Assembly: GCF_001194135.2 (NCBI RefSeq)
Contig: NC_068983.1
Location: 48,361,597 to 48,398,513 of the forward strand
From: Octopus bimaculoides
Lineage: Eukaryota
Length of the DNA stretch: 36,917 bases
Reading direction: 5' to 3'
In this document: one piece after another, positions 1 to 11,830 of the stretch
How positions within the stretch are numbered: position 1 is the first letter of the stretch
Layout of the letters: every line of letters begins with the position of its first letter
Position numbers and translations under genes: made by a program
The notes under the pieces: model-generated
Seen by the model: only the letters and a program-made list of their open reading frames with translations
Database searches by the model: none
Told to the model about the DNA's origin: nothing

Positions 1-31
1 TATACTCGACTAAAGGCGGTGCTATAGCATG
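1..31 (+). mobile_element. 3' tail fragment of SINE family A (runs off window start)
   Basis: CTCGACTAAAGGCGGTGCTATAGCATG matches the tail of the full copy near 22140-22165 (GATCGACTAAAAGGCGCTGATCCAGCATG). Confidence 0.6.
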
Positions 32-969
32 AGTCCCGGTGACAGGTGGATAGGTCTTTCCCTACGACCCAGGGAATGACGTTCTGCTCATAAGTACGCC
101 TTTATAGTTGCTTGAAAGTCAGGAACCAGGATAATCTCCGTCCTAACGAACCCGTTACATAGAACAGACTCGAACTAGTGATTTGACGGCAATTTGGCAG
201 TGATTTCAATCGGGGTAGAGGTTGGCTCGCTTAATCAAATAAGTACCTGTTATGTAATAAGGTTGGTTCATATAAATAAACTAATATGAAAAAATATATT
301 TCGTCTATTTTGTTAAAAAAATTATTATCATAATATTATATTTATATCTATCAGAAACGTTTGCTGTTTACAATTATGTCTACATATAGAGTCCTATATA
401 AACATCTAGATATCACGCTCCCTCCACCTTTCACTCTCTCATTTAGTCCTTTTTTTTCTCTCCCCCTTTCTCTCTGCTTGTCTGCCCACCTCAACCTTCA
501 CGCTGAACATATATATATGTGTGTGTGTGTGTGTACATGTGCATAGCATATGTGAGTGTACGTATGTCCGTAGCTATGCGTTTGTCTGTGTATGTAATCA
601 CCTATAAGCGTGTATATTTTACACACAGACAACCAAAAACATACATTTGTGCATACATACATAAGTTTATACATCCAAATAGATATACAAAAAAATATAT
701 ACATTTATACGTATACGTTTATCTATCCGTCTATCCATCTATCCATCTACCTCTCGCTTTCTCTCTTTCTCATCTCTCGCTCTCTCCTTATATATNNNNN
801 NNNNNNNNNNNNNNNNNNNNNNNNNNNNNNNNNNNNNNNNNNNNNNNNNNNNNNNNNNNNNNNNNNNNNNNNNNNNNNNNNNNNNNNNNNNNNNNNNNNN
901 NNNNNNNNNNNNNNNNNNNNNNNNNNNNNNNNNNNNNNNNNNATATATATATATATATATAAAACGACG

Positions 970-1092
970 TTTGTATAATTTTTATGTATGTATACATACA
1001 CGCATATATATGTATGCACGCGCACACACACGCACACACACACACGCACACACACACACATACACACACACCCACACATACGCACACACATC
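970..1092. repeat. (TA)n/(CA)n compound microsatellite
   Basis: Directly visible; explains the CV/TH/YI-rich pseudo-ORFs here. Confidence 0.9.
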
Positions 1093-1640
1093 CGAACTCG
1101 TACATTTCCTTCCACTTGTATGTGGTGTTTATCAAATCACTGAATCATATGAGAATTTGCTGCTAACTATTGTTTTATCTGACGTTAATTTCCTGTTATT
1201 ACCGTAGGCTTAGTTATTTGAGTTTCATGAATATTCTCTCCTTCCACTTGTATTGTTACTCAAGTGTATTGAATTTTAGATACGATTGGGAGATTAACTT
1301 TACTTTTTTTTTTGCCTTATCGTAATTTTGATTTTACAATGTTTTTTTTTGTATTTATTTTGGGTGTCTGTTACACGGATCGTTTTTGTTATGTTATCGT
1401 GTTATGCTTATTGCTAGACTATTTAGTTTAGTCTAAAAATCCTTAGTAGGTCTATTACCTTTCCTGGCTTATTTAGGTCTTTTCTTTTCGTTGATTGCAT
1501 ATGTTTTGTAAGAAGTAGGATGTATGTATATATATTCTGTACTTGGTTAGACTGTATAAAGCGTATTCGTTTATAGTCACACATATCTTATATGTACATG
1601 TGTATCTGAGATATTGTATACGTGTGTATATATGCGTGTG

Positions 1641-1990
1641 AATCGTGGCACTCCGTCGGTTACGACCTACCAGGGTTCCATTTGATCCGATCAACGGAAC
1701 AGCCTGCTCGTTAAATTAACGTGTAAGTGGTTGAGCACTCCACAGACACGTGTACCCTTAACGTAGTTCTCGGAGAGATTGAGCGTGACACAAAGTGTGA
1801 CACAAAGCTGGCCCTTTGAAATACAGAAGGAGTGAGAGAAAGTTGTGTTGAAAGAGTACAGCAGAGTTCGCCACCATCCCTTGCGTGAGTCTCGTGGCGC
1901 TTTAGGTGTTTTCGCTCAATAAACACTCAGAATGCCCGGCCTGGTAATCGAAACTGCAATCTAACGACAGCGAGTCCCCTGCCCTAACCA
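1641..1990 (-). mobile_element. tRNA-derived SINE family B, slightly 5'-truncated
   Basis: Co-linear with the copies at 15406-15778 and 31632-31997 (GGCACTCCGTCGGTTACGAC...GGAACAGCCTGCTCG...CAATAAACAC). The minus strand has a B-box-like GTTTCGATTACC. Confidence 0.85.
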
Positions 1991-2578
1991 GGTAGAGTCC
2001 AGGTTCTGGCTAAACGCCTCAAGTAGTAAGAAGCATCAAGAATCGCTTGAGGTGAGCAATCCCTTTTGTCATTCTTCTGAAGGGTAAATCCGAATTCCCA
2101 TCACTTGGTTATGAATATTTTGGAGAATGTAAATCCAAAATAATTACAAAAAATACGGAGACTGGTATATCTACAAAGTTTTCTTCTAATTTTAGCAGTT
2201 AATTTTACAACATAATTGGTTCAAATGACTGACTGGTATTTCTGCTGCATAGGGAATGTGCAGCTGCACAGGCAATCAGCAATATTCCGCTATGCACCTT
2301 CTTTCAAGGTATTTCCGGACAAGTGTGATTCGAAGCGAACTGAATTTGTTTATGCGTGACTAGGTTATTTCTTTATTTTACTATGATTTTAGATACGAAC
2401 GAAAAGTGAAGGGGACATGTTGAAATGAGATTTGTCTTTAAAATTTACTTTGATTCTGACTTTATCTTTAACCTAGTCCCAGGAAGAAACTGACAATACT
2501 GTATACTAAATTATGTCAGAGTATATATCTTAATCTTTTAATACAAATTCATCGGTGTATTAAGCGATATTAAATGAA

Positions 2579-2918
2579 AACAAGAACACACAGAGAGTGC
2601 AAACCTCCGCCAAGGCAACACCAACGTCCTCTCAACGATTAGCTAGATATGATTTCTAAAATGGGAACATCTGAAATACACTTGGCTTCTCTCACAAACG
2701 AGAATACTAATAATGAACACGACTGTTCACAAAAATTTTGTGAAAAAACTGGAAAAATAATCCAGAATCCTTGTCCGGTACAATCGATCCCAAAATCTAA
2801 TCAATTCTTGCCAGTCACATGGCCAAACATCCCTGAAAGTTTCATACGAACCCATCCAGCGGTTCTTGATATATCTAGTCAACAGAGAAACAAACGAACA
2901 AAGAAAACAAACAAACAC

Positions 2919-2920
<2 letters not shown>
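2579..2920 (+). mobile_element. Non-autonomous Helentron-associated (HINE/pearl-like) element, 3'-truncated
   Basis: Starts AACAAGA, has a subterminal ACCTCCGCCAAGG (2603-2615), a core with CCAGAATCC...CAAAATCTAATCA...AAAGTTTCAT, then an (ACAA)n tract. This layout matches mollusc pearl/HINE elements. The 3' hairpin is not seen. Confidence 0.55.
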
Positions 2921-2949
<29 letters not shown>

Positions 2950-2952
<3 letters not shown>

Positions 2953-3440
2953 TAAAGGATAGAGCTCAAAATCAATGCATTGAAGATACTTTATTGCAGC
3001 AACAATTATAATAACAGAAACAACCACAATAAGCCAAACCTATGCACATTTCAATAGGGTATCCCGGATAAATAAACCACATCATAAGATGTCTCGTAAA
3101 ATATTGTAACAAATTACAGCATATTACAAATTTCTGGATACTCCATCTCATCAGGGTCGCATTATTGCCATCACCAATAGTATTGGTCGCATTATTGCCA
3201 TCACCAATAGTATTGGTGATGGCAATAATGCGACCCTAATGAGATAGAGTATCCAGAAATTTGTAATATGCTGTAATTTGTTACAATATTTTACGAGACA
3301 TCTTATGATGTGGTTTATTTATCCGGGATACCCTATTGAAATGTGCATAGGTTTGGCTTATTGTGGTTGTTTCTGTTATTATAATTGTTGCTGCAATAAA
3401 GTATCTTCAATGCATTGATTTTGAGCTCTATCCTTTAAGA
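2950..3440. mobile_element. 491-bp foldback palindrome; putative Kolobok-type MITE (TTAA-AGG...CCT-TTAA)
   Basis: Arms 2950-3179 and 3211-3440 are reverse complements with 2 mismatches in 230 bp. TTAA at 2952-2955 and 3435-3438 flanks AGG/CCT ends. A 30-bp tandem duplication sits at the centre. Confidence 0.8.
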
Positions 3441-3510
3441 GACATGTATACATATATATATACAAAAACTCAACTGTGAGTTTTTGGCTAAGACTGTTAA
3501 NNNNNNNNNN

Positions 3511-3666
3511 ATACGACAGGCTTCTTTCAGTTTCCGTTTACTAAATCTACTCACAAAGCTTTGGTCAGCCCGAGGCTATAGTAGAATACACTTGCCCATG
3601 GTGCCACCCAGTGGGACGGGATCCAGAGCCATATGGTTGATAAGCAAGCTATTTACTACACATCCA
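3511..3666 (-). mobile_element. SINE family A, 5' half (tRNA-like head and body)
   Basis: Reverse complement of the head and body at 21804-21960 (CTTCTTTCAGTTTCCGT...CTCACAAAGCTTTGGTCAGCCCGAGGCTATAGTAGAA). It ends at a gap where the internal microsatellite lies. Confidence 0.85.
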
Positions 3667-3689
3667 ATCTTGCGCCTATACACAGCCAC

Positions 3690-3951
3690 ACGGAATGGAG
3701 TAGACAAGATCCAGGCTACATAACTTTCATAGCAAGCAGAACCTCATAAGTGGTAAATATCCAGGCGAGGTGTATAACGCAGGCCACTCTTCAAGGCAAG
3801 GATATCTTGAGCAAATGAACTTTCCTTTAATTAAGATATCCTTGGCCTGAAGTGTAGCTTCCGTTATACACCTCGCCTGGATATTTACCACTTCTGAGGT
3901 TCCGCCTGGTATGAAAGATATGTAGCTCGGATCATATCTACTCTATTCCGT
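3690..3951. mobile_element. MITE-like inverted repeat (about 119-bp arms, 24-bp spacer)
   Basis: 3690-3808 versus 3833-3951 align without gaps at roughly 80-85% by eye, including the exact block AAGTGGTAAATATCCAGGCGAGGTGTATAACG. Confidence 0.75.
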
Positions 3952-4174
3952 AACTCTTGTATTCTTGTATTCTTATTCGCACACCTGACAAACCCTGTCG
4001 CGTACTGTGGAATATAAAAAGAACTTTTTTCAGTTTATCGTACTTTGATACGAAAAAGTCCATAACCTCCGCCTCAATAAACTATTATTTTCCCTGAAAA
4101 TTTTTTTTCATCTTTACTACGGATTTCTTAAAGCTTTCTTCCTACACATCGAGCCCTGGATCTTACATTTATAT

Positions 4175-5068
4175 ATATAATAATATAAATAATATAGATA
4201 TATGCATATACCCATACATATATGTACTTACCTACATCTATATGTATACATACATGCATATATGGGTACAGGACCTCACAGAAAACAATGAGAAACGAAA
4301 ACATAAGAACGAAAACAGAAAACGAAATTTTTTCGAGCAACATAAAAAAAACAAAACAGAGAAGCGAAACATGCAACATAAAGAGTAAATCCTTTCGTCA
4401 GTTGTCCCTGTTTCATCTACTCCGCGTTTCAAATGCAAGGACACTATGCGACTTCGTTGGAACAGTCCTTCCCGCAAAGCAAATTAAATAAAATTTGTTA
4501 ACAAGAACAAGACAGTGAGAACAAGACAGTAAAAACAATAAAAAAAAGTAAAAACAAGACAGTAAGAACAAGATTGTAAAAACAAACGGTGAGGGCTACT
4601 GAGCCAAGACGATAGAAAAATTATTATGAACGCTAAGTAGAAGTGCCATGTTTTTACGTTTGTTTTTACAGTCTTGTTCTCACTGTCTTGTTTTTACTCT
4701 CCTGTTCTTGTTAACACTTTCACCCTCTGCAAAAAATTCCAAATTTAATTTAATTTGCTTTGCAGGAAGGACTGTTCCAACGAAGTCGCGTATTTTCCTT
4801 GCCTTCGAACGCGGAGGAGACGGAACAGGGACAACTAATGAAGGGATATAATCTTTACGTTGCATTCTCGTTTCTCTGTTTGTCTTTTTTCTTTGTTCGA
4901 AAAATGTTCGTTTTCTGTTTTCTTTTTTATTCTTTCGTTTTTCATTTTGCTTAACGTTTTTTTGTGATGTCCGGTACCCATATATGCATGTATGTATACA
5001 TATAGATGTAGGTATATACATATATGTATGGATATATGCATATATCTATATTATTTATATTATTATAT
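4175..5068. repeat. Long diverged inverted repeat (about 410-bp arms, 68-bp spacer)
   Basis: 4175-4588 versus 4657-5068. The mirrored ORFs 4222+ and 4680- both read MY(L/I)PTSICIHTCIYGYRTSQK...DFVGTVLPAKQIK. There are internal 14-bp AACAAGACAGT(GAG/AAA) subrepeats. Confidence 0.85.
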
Positions 5069-5100
5069 GATCGAACACCACGCATCCTTTTCCAAGTATA

Positions 5101-5107
5101 TATAAAT

Positions 5108-5160
<53 letters not shown>
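5101..5160. repeat. (CA)n microsatellite running into a gap
   Basis: Directly visible. Confidence 0.95.
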
Positions 5161-5811
5161 NNNNNNNNNNNNNNNNNNNNNNNNNNNNNNNNNNNNNNNN
5201 NNNNNNNNNNNNNNNNNNNNNNNNNNNNNNNNNNNNNNNNNNNNNNNNNNNNNNNNNNNNNNNNNNNNNNNNNNNNNNNNNNNNNNNNNNNNNNNNNNNN
5301 NNNNNNNNNNNNNNNNNNNNNNNNNNNNNNNNNNNNNNNNNNNNNNNNNNNNNNNNNNNNNNNNNNNNNNNNNNNNNNNNNNNNNNNNNNNNNNNNNNNN
5401 NNNNNNNNNNNNNNNNNNNNNNNNNNNNNNNNNNNNNNNNNNNNNNNNNNNNNNNNNNNNNNNNNNNNNNNNNNNNNNNNNNNNNNNNNNNNNNNNNNNN
5501 NNNNNNNNNNNNNNNNNNNNNNNNNNNNNNNNNNNNNNNNNNNNNNNNNNNNNNNNNNNNNNNNNNNNNNNNNNNNNNNNNNNNNNNNNNNNNNNNNNNN
5601 NNNNNNNNNNNNNNNNNNNNNNNNNNNNNNNNNNNNNNNNNNNNNNNNNNNNNNNNNNNNNNNNNNNNNNNNNNNNNNNNNNNNNNNNNNNNNNNNNNNN
5701 NNNNNNNNNNNNNNNNNNNNNNNNNNNNNNNNNNNNNNNNNNNNNNNNNNNNNNNNNNNNNNNNNNNNNNNNNNNNNNNNNNNNNNNNNNNNNNNNNNNN
5801 NNNNNNNNNNN

Positions 5812-5854
<43 letters not shown>

Positions 5855-7336
5855 ATATGCATAGAGGCACATATATATGTGTGTGTGTATATCTGTATAA
5901 ATTTTTACACCTTTCTGATTCATGGCTTAAAAGTAATAAATAACATGTATATCTTTCCAATTATTCCATATGGAAATGCCTTGAGCAATCTTTATAGAAA
6001 CCACCTAATATGTACATGAATGGATGTTCAACTGATTCTATGTAATCTTCCTTTTTAATGCTTATAATTGATATATACACACCTTTTACTTATTTTGGTT
6101 ATAATATCATTTTTTGAGATTCTTAAATTTTATTTTCATACAACATAATGTTGTTTACAAACATTGTCGCCTAAATAAAATTTCCTCTGTATTAACATCT
6201 TAGATTTCTTCACGCCTTGCCCCTTTAACTGGTAATTAACATCACGATTTAAAGTCTACCCCTACCCTGCCTCTTTTTATAGACAGTTACCTACATCCAA
6301 CTACCTACTCCTAATGTCTTCTTTCCTCCCTGGGGAAAAGGGATACATGAGCTGTCAACTCACTCTTGTCCTTTCTTAAAAATAGACTGTCTTCTAGTCT
6401 TCGATTTAACAATTCATAAAGAGATGAAGGAATTAGAAATGAATTACAGTCTTACAAGCCTATGACCCCACTGTGCTCCATGCGATTTTTAGAAGGTGTA
6501 GTCTATTCTTAGCTACAATAGCGACAACATGAGTTTCTTTCATCTTCTGGCTCTGTTAAAATATTCAAGAAAAATTATATTAATGTGTCCTACTTTTTAA
6601 AATTCCATTTATTTATTAGTCCATCTGATAATGGCATTGAATTTAAGTTGATGTAATGATTTCAGTGTTCAATTAAATGGAGCTGCTTGAAACGTTCGTA
6701 CTGCATTACTACATGATATCCTCTTGCTAATTTTGATTATATATATTCATATATATATATATATATANNNNNNNNNNNNNNNNNNNNNNNNNNNNNNNNN
6801 NNNNNNNNNNNNNNNNNNNNNNNNNNNNNNNNNNNNNNNNNNNNNNNNNNNNNNNNNNNNNNNNNNNNNNNNNNNNNNNNNNNNNNNNNNNNNNNNNNNN
6901 NNNNNNNNNNNNNNNNNNNNNNNNNNNNNNNNNNNNNNNNNNNNNNNNNNNNNNNNNNNNNNNNNNNNNNNNNNNNNNNNNNNNNNNNNNNNNNNNNNNN
7001 NNNNNNNNNNNNNNNNNNNNNNNNNNNNNNNNNNNNNNNNNNNNNNNNNNNNNNNNNNNNNNNNNNNNNNNNNNNNNNNNNNNNNNNNNNNNNNNNNNNN
7101 NNNNNNNNNNNNNNNNGCTGGCGCGTCGCTTTATGGGGTGTTATAATGAAACAATTTAACATTGAACTGAAGAATTACTCAATACTTTTTTGTAGAGTAC
7201 ACATCTAATATTTCTTATGTATTTACCAGAAAAAGGGTGACAGGGGCTTCGGAAACTCAACCCTACATTTTTTGTCAGCGGCTAGTAACCCGAAACTTCG
7301 GTGTCATTACCACCCTTCATCTAAAAGTACAACATA

Positions 7337-8399
7337 CAGGGTACGATGGGTAAATTGTCGCCATTTTATATTTTTAATTTCGCGCAGGCATATTGTTTTT
7401 CTAATTTTGTTGACTACACAGTATAGTAGGCTCAGTTGGGCAACGTCTGTGAGAAAAACAGCACCATTACGCAATTCACTCTGCCAGAAATTTGGAAACG
7501 ACATGCTGTACTGCTTGGCATTCCAACCAGAAGCTCCAATATGAACATTTCAGAGTGTTTGGCTGTCAATATGAGGACAGTGCAGACGTTTCGGAAAGAG
7601 TTCGATGAGTGTAATGGTGATTACGAAGTTACGGCAGCGCTTTTGATCATTCTGATAAGAAAAGAACTTCTTTATTTGTTGGTGAGATTCAGGCCATGAT
7701 ATACAACGATCCCTCCAAGTCCATCAGGTCCATTGCCTGGGACATGGGAGTATCTGAGTTTCTTATCAAGCAGGTAGAGCATGAAGACATTCGGTATTCC
7801 TCATACAAGATGAGAAAGAGCCAATTTTTAACCCAAGCAATCAAGGACAAGAGAAAAGACCGCGCTACGAATCTTTTGAACAAACTCAAACATTCTCTCC
7901 AACCGAACATGCTTTGGTTTTTCTCGGACGAGAACAATTTCTGCCGGGATCAGATGGTCAACATACAGAACAACCGTGGACCCCAAAACATGTACCGAGT
8001 GTGATAAAATCAAACATCCAGTCAACATCATGGTGTTTGGAGTGATCTCTAGAGTGATGGTGACATTACGCCACCATTTGCCTTTCCACACGGTTTGAAA
8101 TCCAACACGGGGGTCCTACATCAAGTGTCTGGAGGAGGTAGTGCTGCTCTGGGTCAAGTGGATTGCTGCTGGAGGACCCTGTGTCTGGCAACAGGACTCT
8201 GCACCATACCACAAAAGCAGGAGAACCCAGTCATAACTGTCAGACAATTTCTGCGACCACATCACCCCTAACATTTGGCCAGGTAAATCTGCAGACTGCA
8301 ACCCCTTCATCATTATGTGTGGGCGCAGTTGAGCGAGAGACCAACGAAACTCCTTGTAAGACCAAAGATAAGCTGAAGGCAAAGAATAAGGCAGCATTC
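7337..8399 (+). mobile_element. Tc1/mariner-superfamily transposon remnant, DD37D (maT-like), 3'-truncated
   Basis: TA (7335-7336) is followed by the terminus CAGGGTACGATGGGTAAATTGTCGCC and a decayed transposase. No matching right TIR is found before the (TA)n at 8401. Confidence 0.85.
7466..8399 (+). pseudogene. Frameshifted DDD transposase pseudogene
   Basis: HTH-like N-terminus (NISECLAVNMRTVQTFRK; DPSKSIRSIAWDMGVSEFLI) and catalytic motifs WFFSDENNF, WQQDSAPYH and SADCNP[L-H]. There are 37 residues between the second D and the third catalytic position, which is mutated to CAT in this copy. It contains an in-frame stop and frameshifts. Confidence 0.85.
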
Positions 8400-8416
8400 A
8401 TATATATATATAATTC

Positions 8417-8449
<33 letters not shown>

Positions 8450-9399
8450 AACATATCTTTTTTCACTTGTTTTAGTTATTATACAGCGGCAATGCGGTGA
8501 CAACATTAAATTTTTAGTCGAACGAATCAAACGAAGTACTTTTTTTTTATTTTTTGAAAGCCAGGTACTTATTCTATCGCGCTCTTCTGCCGAACCGCTA
8601 TAGATATCCCGGAAAGTATTTAACTTTAGATACCACCAGTGCTTGTTTCGATAACGGACCTTATAACCTTACGCTACGCGCCTGCATAGTGGAATTTAGT
8701 ATCGATGTGTATATATAAAGATGTATATGAATATATGAATCTATATAAATAGTGCATACATGCGAACATGTATACAAAAACAGACACATGCATCTTATAT
8801 ATACAGGTAAATATGCAAACATATGTAAGCAGCTACTTACTTCCCTACTTTTATATTACATTATATGCTTGCGTGTGAACGTCTCTGTGTGTATATGTCT
8901 GTATCTGTATGCGGGTGTATATGTGAGTATATATACGTAAGGGAGGAAGAGACAATGCAATTGAACTGAACAGATATATAAACGCAGGTATATATTAAAC
9001 AAAAATTTCCGCACTGAAATATGTCATAACTAATAATTTTACATACGTTAAATTACACATCTTGTGAGAATTCTCATTGAATTCGCGTGGAAACTTAAAA
9101 AAATATGATGGACATTCTAACTTATATTTTAATTTGAGTTTATAATTGATCTGTAGAGCATTTCCATTCGATATTAACATAATAGAAGTGAATAAGAGAG
9201 GAATATTTAATTCGCTATATATTGTGTTTAACTTTAATTACTTCGTTAATGCGGCAGAGTGAATGATGAGACTGCAGTCCTCTGACATATCTGTTTTGTA
9301 TCAAGGAAAACCATTACATATAATTAACTGGTGCAACTGAACACGCACACTACAAGCAAGCATATACATAGTAACAAGTTCCCAAGCGCATCTTACTCA

Positions 9400-9522
9400 T
9401 ACACGCACGCGCGCGTGCGTGTGTATGTATATACATACATATATACATGTATGTGTGTGTATCTATGTGTGTAAGTGTGGGATATATATATATATATATA
9501 TATATATGTGTATGTGTATACT

Positions 9523-9595
<73 letters not shown>

Positions 9596-9597
9596 GT

Positions 9598-9629
<32 letters not shown>

Positions 9630-9630
9630 C
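9400..9630. repeat. Compound (CA/CG)-(TG)-(TA)n microsatellite
   Basis: Directly visible; long pure (TA)n at about 9527-9592. Confidence 0.95.
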
Positions 9631-10118
9631 GTTGCTATTATGCAAAAGTGTCGTAAGTCCAAAACGTTGCTATTTCAGAAACCAAAAAAGTAGTTTCACC
9701 ATTCCATAGCATCAGGGTAGTATTCATCAATTCGGTCAACAAACCCCACTCAATACCAGCTGACCACATGTTACCGTCCTTAAATCTGCTAAATGAATGA
9801 CCATCCTACGCTCTTCAACAGAAAATAACGCAGAAATAAGCAGAGAGAGAAAATAAAAATGGTTTAGTGTCTAGGGATCAATCATGGCGAATGCTGGACA
9901 GAGGTGTTCAGGCAGGAGAGCTAGGAAGAAGGGGCGTGAAAAAGTAGTAGTTATCCCAAAATGAAGGAATGCATGCGTGTGTATGTGAGAGCATGTATGT
10001 GCGTGTGGATAGGGGCTGGTGACCCTGACGTGTGCGTGTGTGCATGTGTAGTTGTGTAGATGATGGCGTGAGTGGTGGGAAGTGGTCAGTGCTAGAATGT
10101 ACGCGTGGTGTGATGTAA

Positions 10119-10183
<65 letters not shown>

Positions 10184-10588
10184 AATGAACTTTTATATAC
10201 GAGCAGATGGAATGAAGAGGTTTTATTACTACAATTGTTTCGTCACATCAGTATCAGCTTGTAATTGCGGAAAGTATATCGAGGGAAATCAGTCTTACTC
10301 TATGTGATAGCCGAAACCAGCAGAAGAGTTTTGGGAAGCACACTATAAGATTATTACCCACGTAATATTGTGTGTGTGTATATATATATATANNNNNNNN
10401 NNNNNNNNNNNNNNNNNNNNNNNNNNNNNNNNNNNNNNNNNNNNNNNNNNNNNNNNNNNNNNNNNNNNNNNNNNNNNNNNNNNNNNNNNNNNNNNNNNNN
10501 NNNNNNNNNNNNNNNNNNNNNNNNNNNNNNNNNNNNNNNNNNNNNNNNNNNNNNNNNNNNNNNNNNNNNNNNNNNNNNNNNNNNNNNN

Positions 10589-10885
10589 ATAGGTACATTG
10601 CGGCATAACTTCTTTTCCTCAACAGGCCCTGCCCTGTTTAACATTGTCCCGAAACAGATAAAAGAGGAAAAGGATCTTATCAGCTTTAAACGGAGTCTAG
10701 ACAGCTTTCTTCAAAGAATACCAGACAAGCCACCCATACCTGGATACAGCTCACTCAATAAGAACTCACTACTTGAATGGACCATAGACATAACTTGACT
10801 GTAAAAAGGATTTAGATAATCCTATCAGGTGGTGCTATTAAGTTAGACATGGCTTGGACCAATCTTTGGTCGAAACAAATCTATG
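10589..10885 (+). mobile_element. CR1/L2-group LINE 3' end (ORF2 C-terminus and 3'UTR)
   Basis: Peptide GPALFNIVPKQIKEEKDLISFKRSLDSFLQRIPDKPPIPGY...NSLLEW is typical of the ORF2 end in CR1-like LINEs. The UTR carries a short GACCA-atctt-TGGTC stem-loop. Confidence 0.75.
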
Positions 10886-11010
10886 TTTTATCTAAGTTTT
10901 TATATATAAATTAACACACACACACACCGAAGCATTTTCAGTGTTTTCAAATTTCTACGTATTTTTGAAATTTTGTTAGCATTGTTATACAATATTTTAA
11001 TTTTGTAAGT

Positions 11011-11437
11011 GCTTCATCCTCCTCCTTCTCCTCCTGCTTCTTCTTTTTCTCCACCTTCTCCAGCTTCTTCTCTTCCTCCTCCTCCTCATTCTTCTTCTTC
11101 TTCTTCTTCTTCTTCTTCTTCTTCTTCTTCTTCTTCTTCTCCTTCTTCTTCTTCTTCTTCTTCTTCTTCTTCTTCTTCTTCTTCTTCTTCTTCTTCTTCT
11201 CCTTCTTCTTCTTCTTCTTCTTCTTCATTTTCTCCTCCTTTCTCCTCCTTTCTTCTTCTTCTTCTTCTTCTTCTTCTTCTTCATTTCCTCCTCCTTCTTC
11301 TTCTTCTTCTTCTTCTTCTCCTCCTTTCTTCTTCTTCTTCTTCTTCTTCATTTTCTCCTCCTCCTCCTCCTCCTCCTTGTTGTTCTTCTTTTTCTTCTTC
11401 TCCTCCTTTCTTCTTCTTCTTCTTCTTCTTCTTCTAC

Positions 11438-11509
<72 letters not shown>

Positions 11510-11679
11510 TTCTTCATCATCATCATCATGATAACGATCATCATAATAATCATCATCGCCGTCTTTACCTTCGCTGTCAATTCCTCTACCACCACCAACA
11601 CCAACACCACATACACAGCCACTGCCACCACGTCTATCACACTACTTCTACTCGACCACTATTTCCCCTACATCTTTAC

Positions 11680-11710
<31 letters not shown>

Positions 11711-11830
11711 GTCGTCATCATCATCATTATGACAACATAACTTTCTTACTGATTACACTTACTATAAGTACCACTATTGCTACGACGACGATGATGTCCA
11801 CCACTAGCATCCACACTGACACTACTACTA

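Noticed and set aside
32-240. GC-richer stretch resembling a LINE 5'UTR
   Set aside because: No motif I can tie to a family; left unannotated.
361-1207. ORFs rich in CV/YI/TH here and at most other gaps
   Set aside because: Translations of dinucleotide repeats and N-runs, not genes.
2253-2308. AG...GT-bounded 56-nt segment open in all three frames
   Set aside because: Too short, weak acceptor, no recognisable peptide.
4222-5021. Paired similar ORFs on opposite strands
   Set aside because: A by-product of the inverted repeat; low-complexity and no domain.
6509-6552. Minus-strand acceptor TTTTAACAG followed by xPEDERNSCCRYCS-stop
   Set aside because: Phase-compatible with the 14215 candidate exon, but that has 1-in-3 odds and the peptide is unrecognised; needs RNA-seq.
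10845-10880. GACCA-atctt-TGGTC-GAAAC, like the 3' half of a hammerhead
   Set aside because: No CTGANGA upstream; better explained as a LINE 3' stem-loop.
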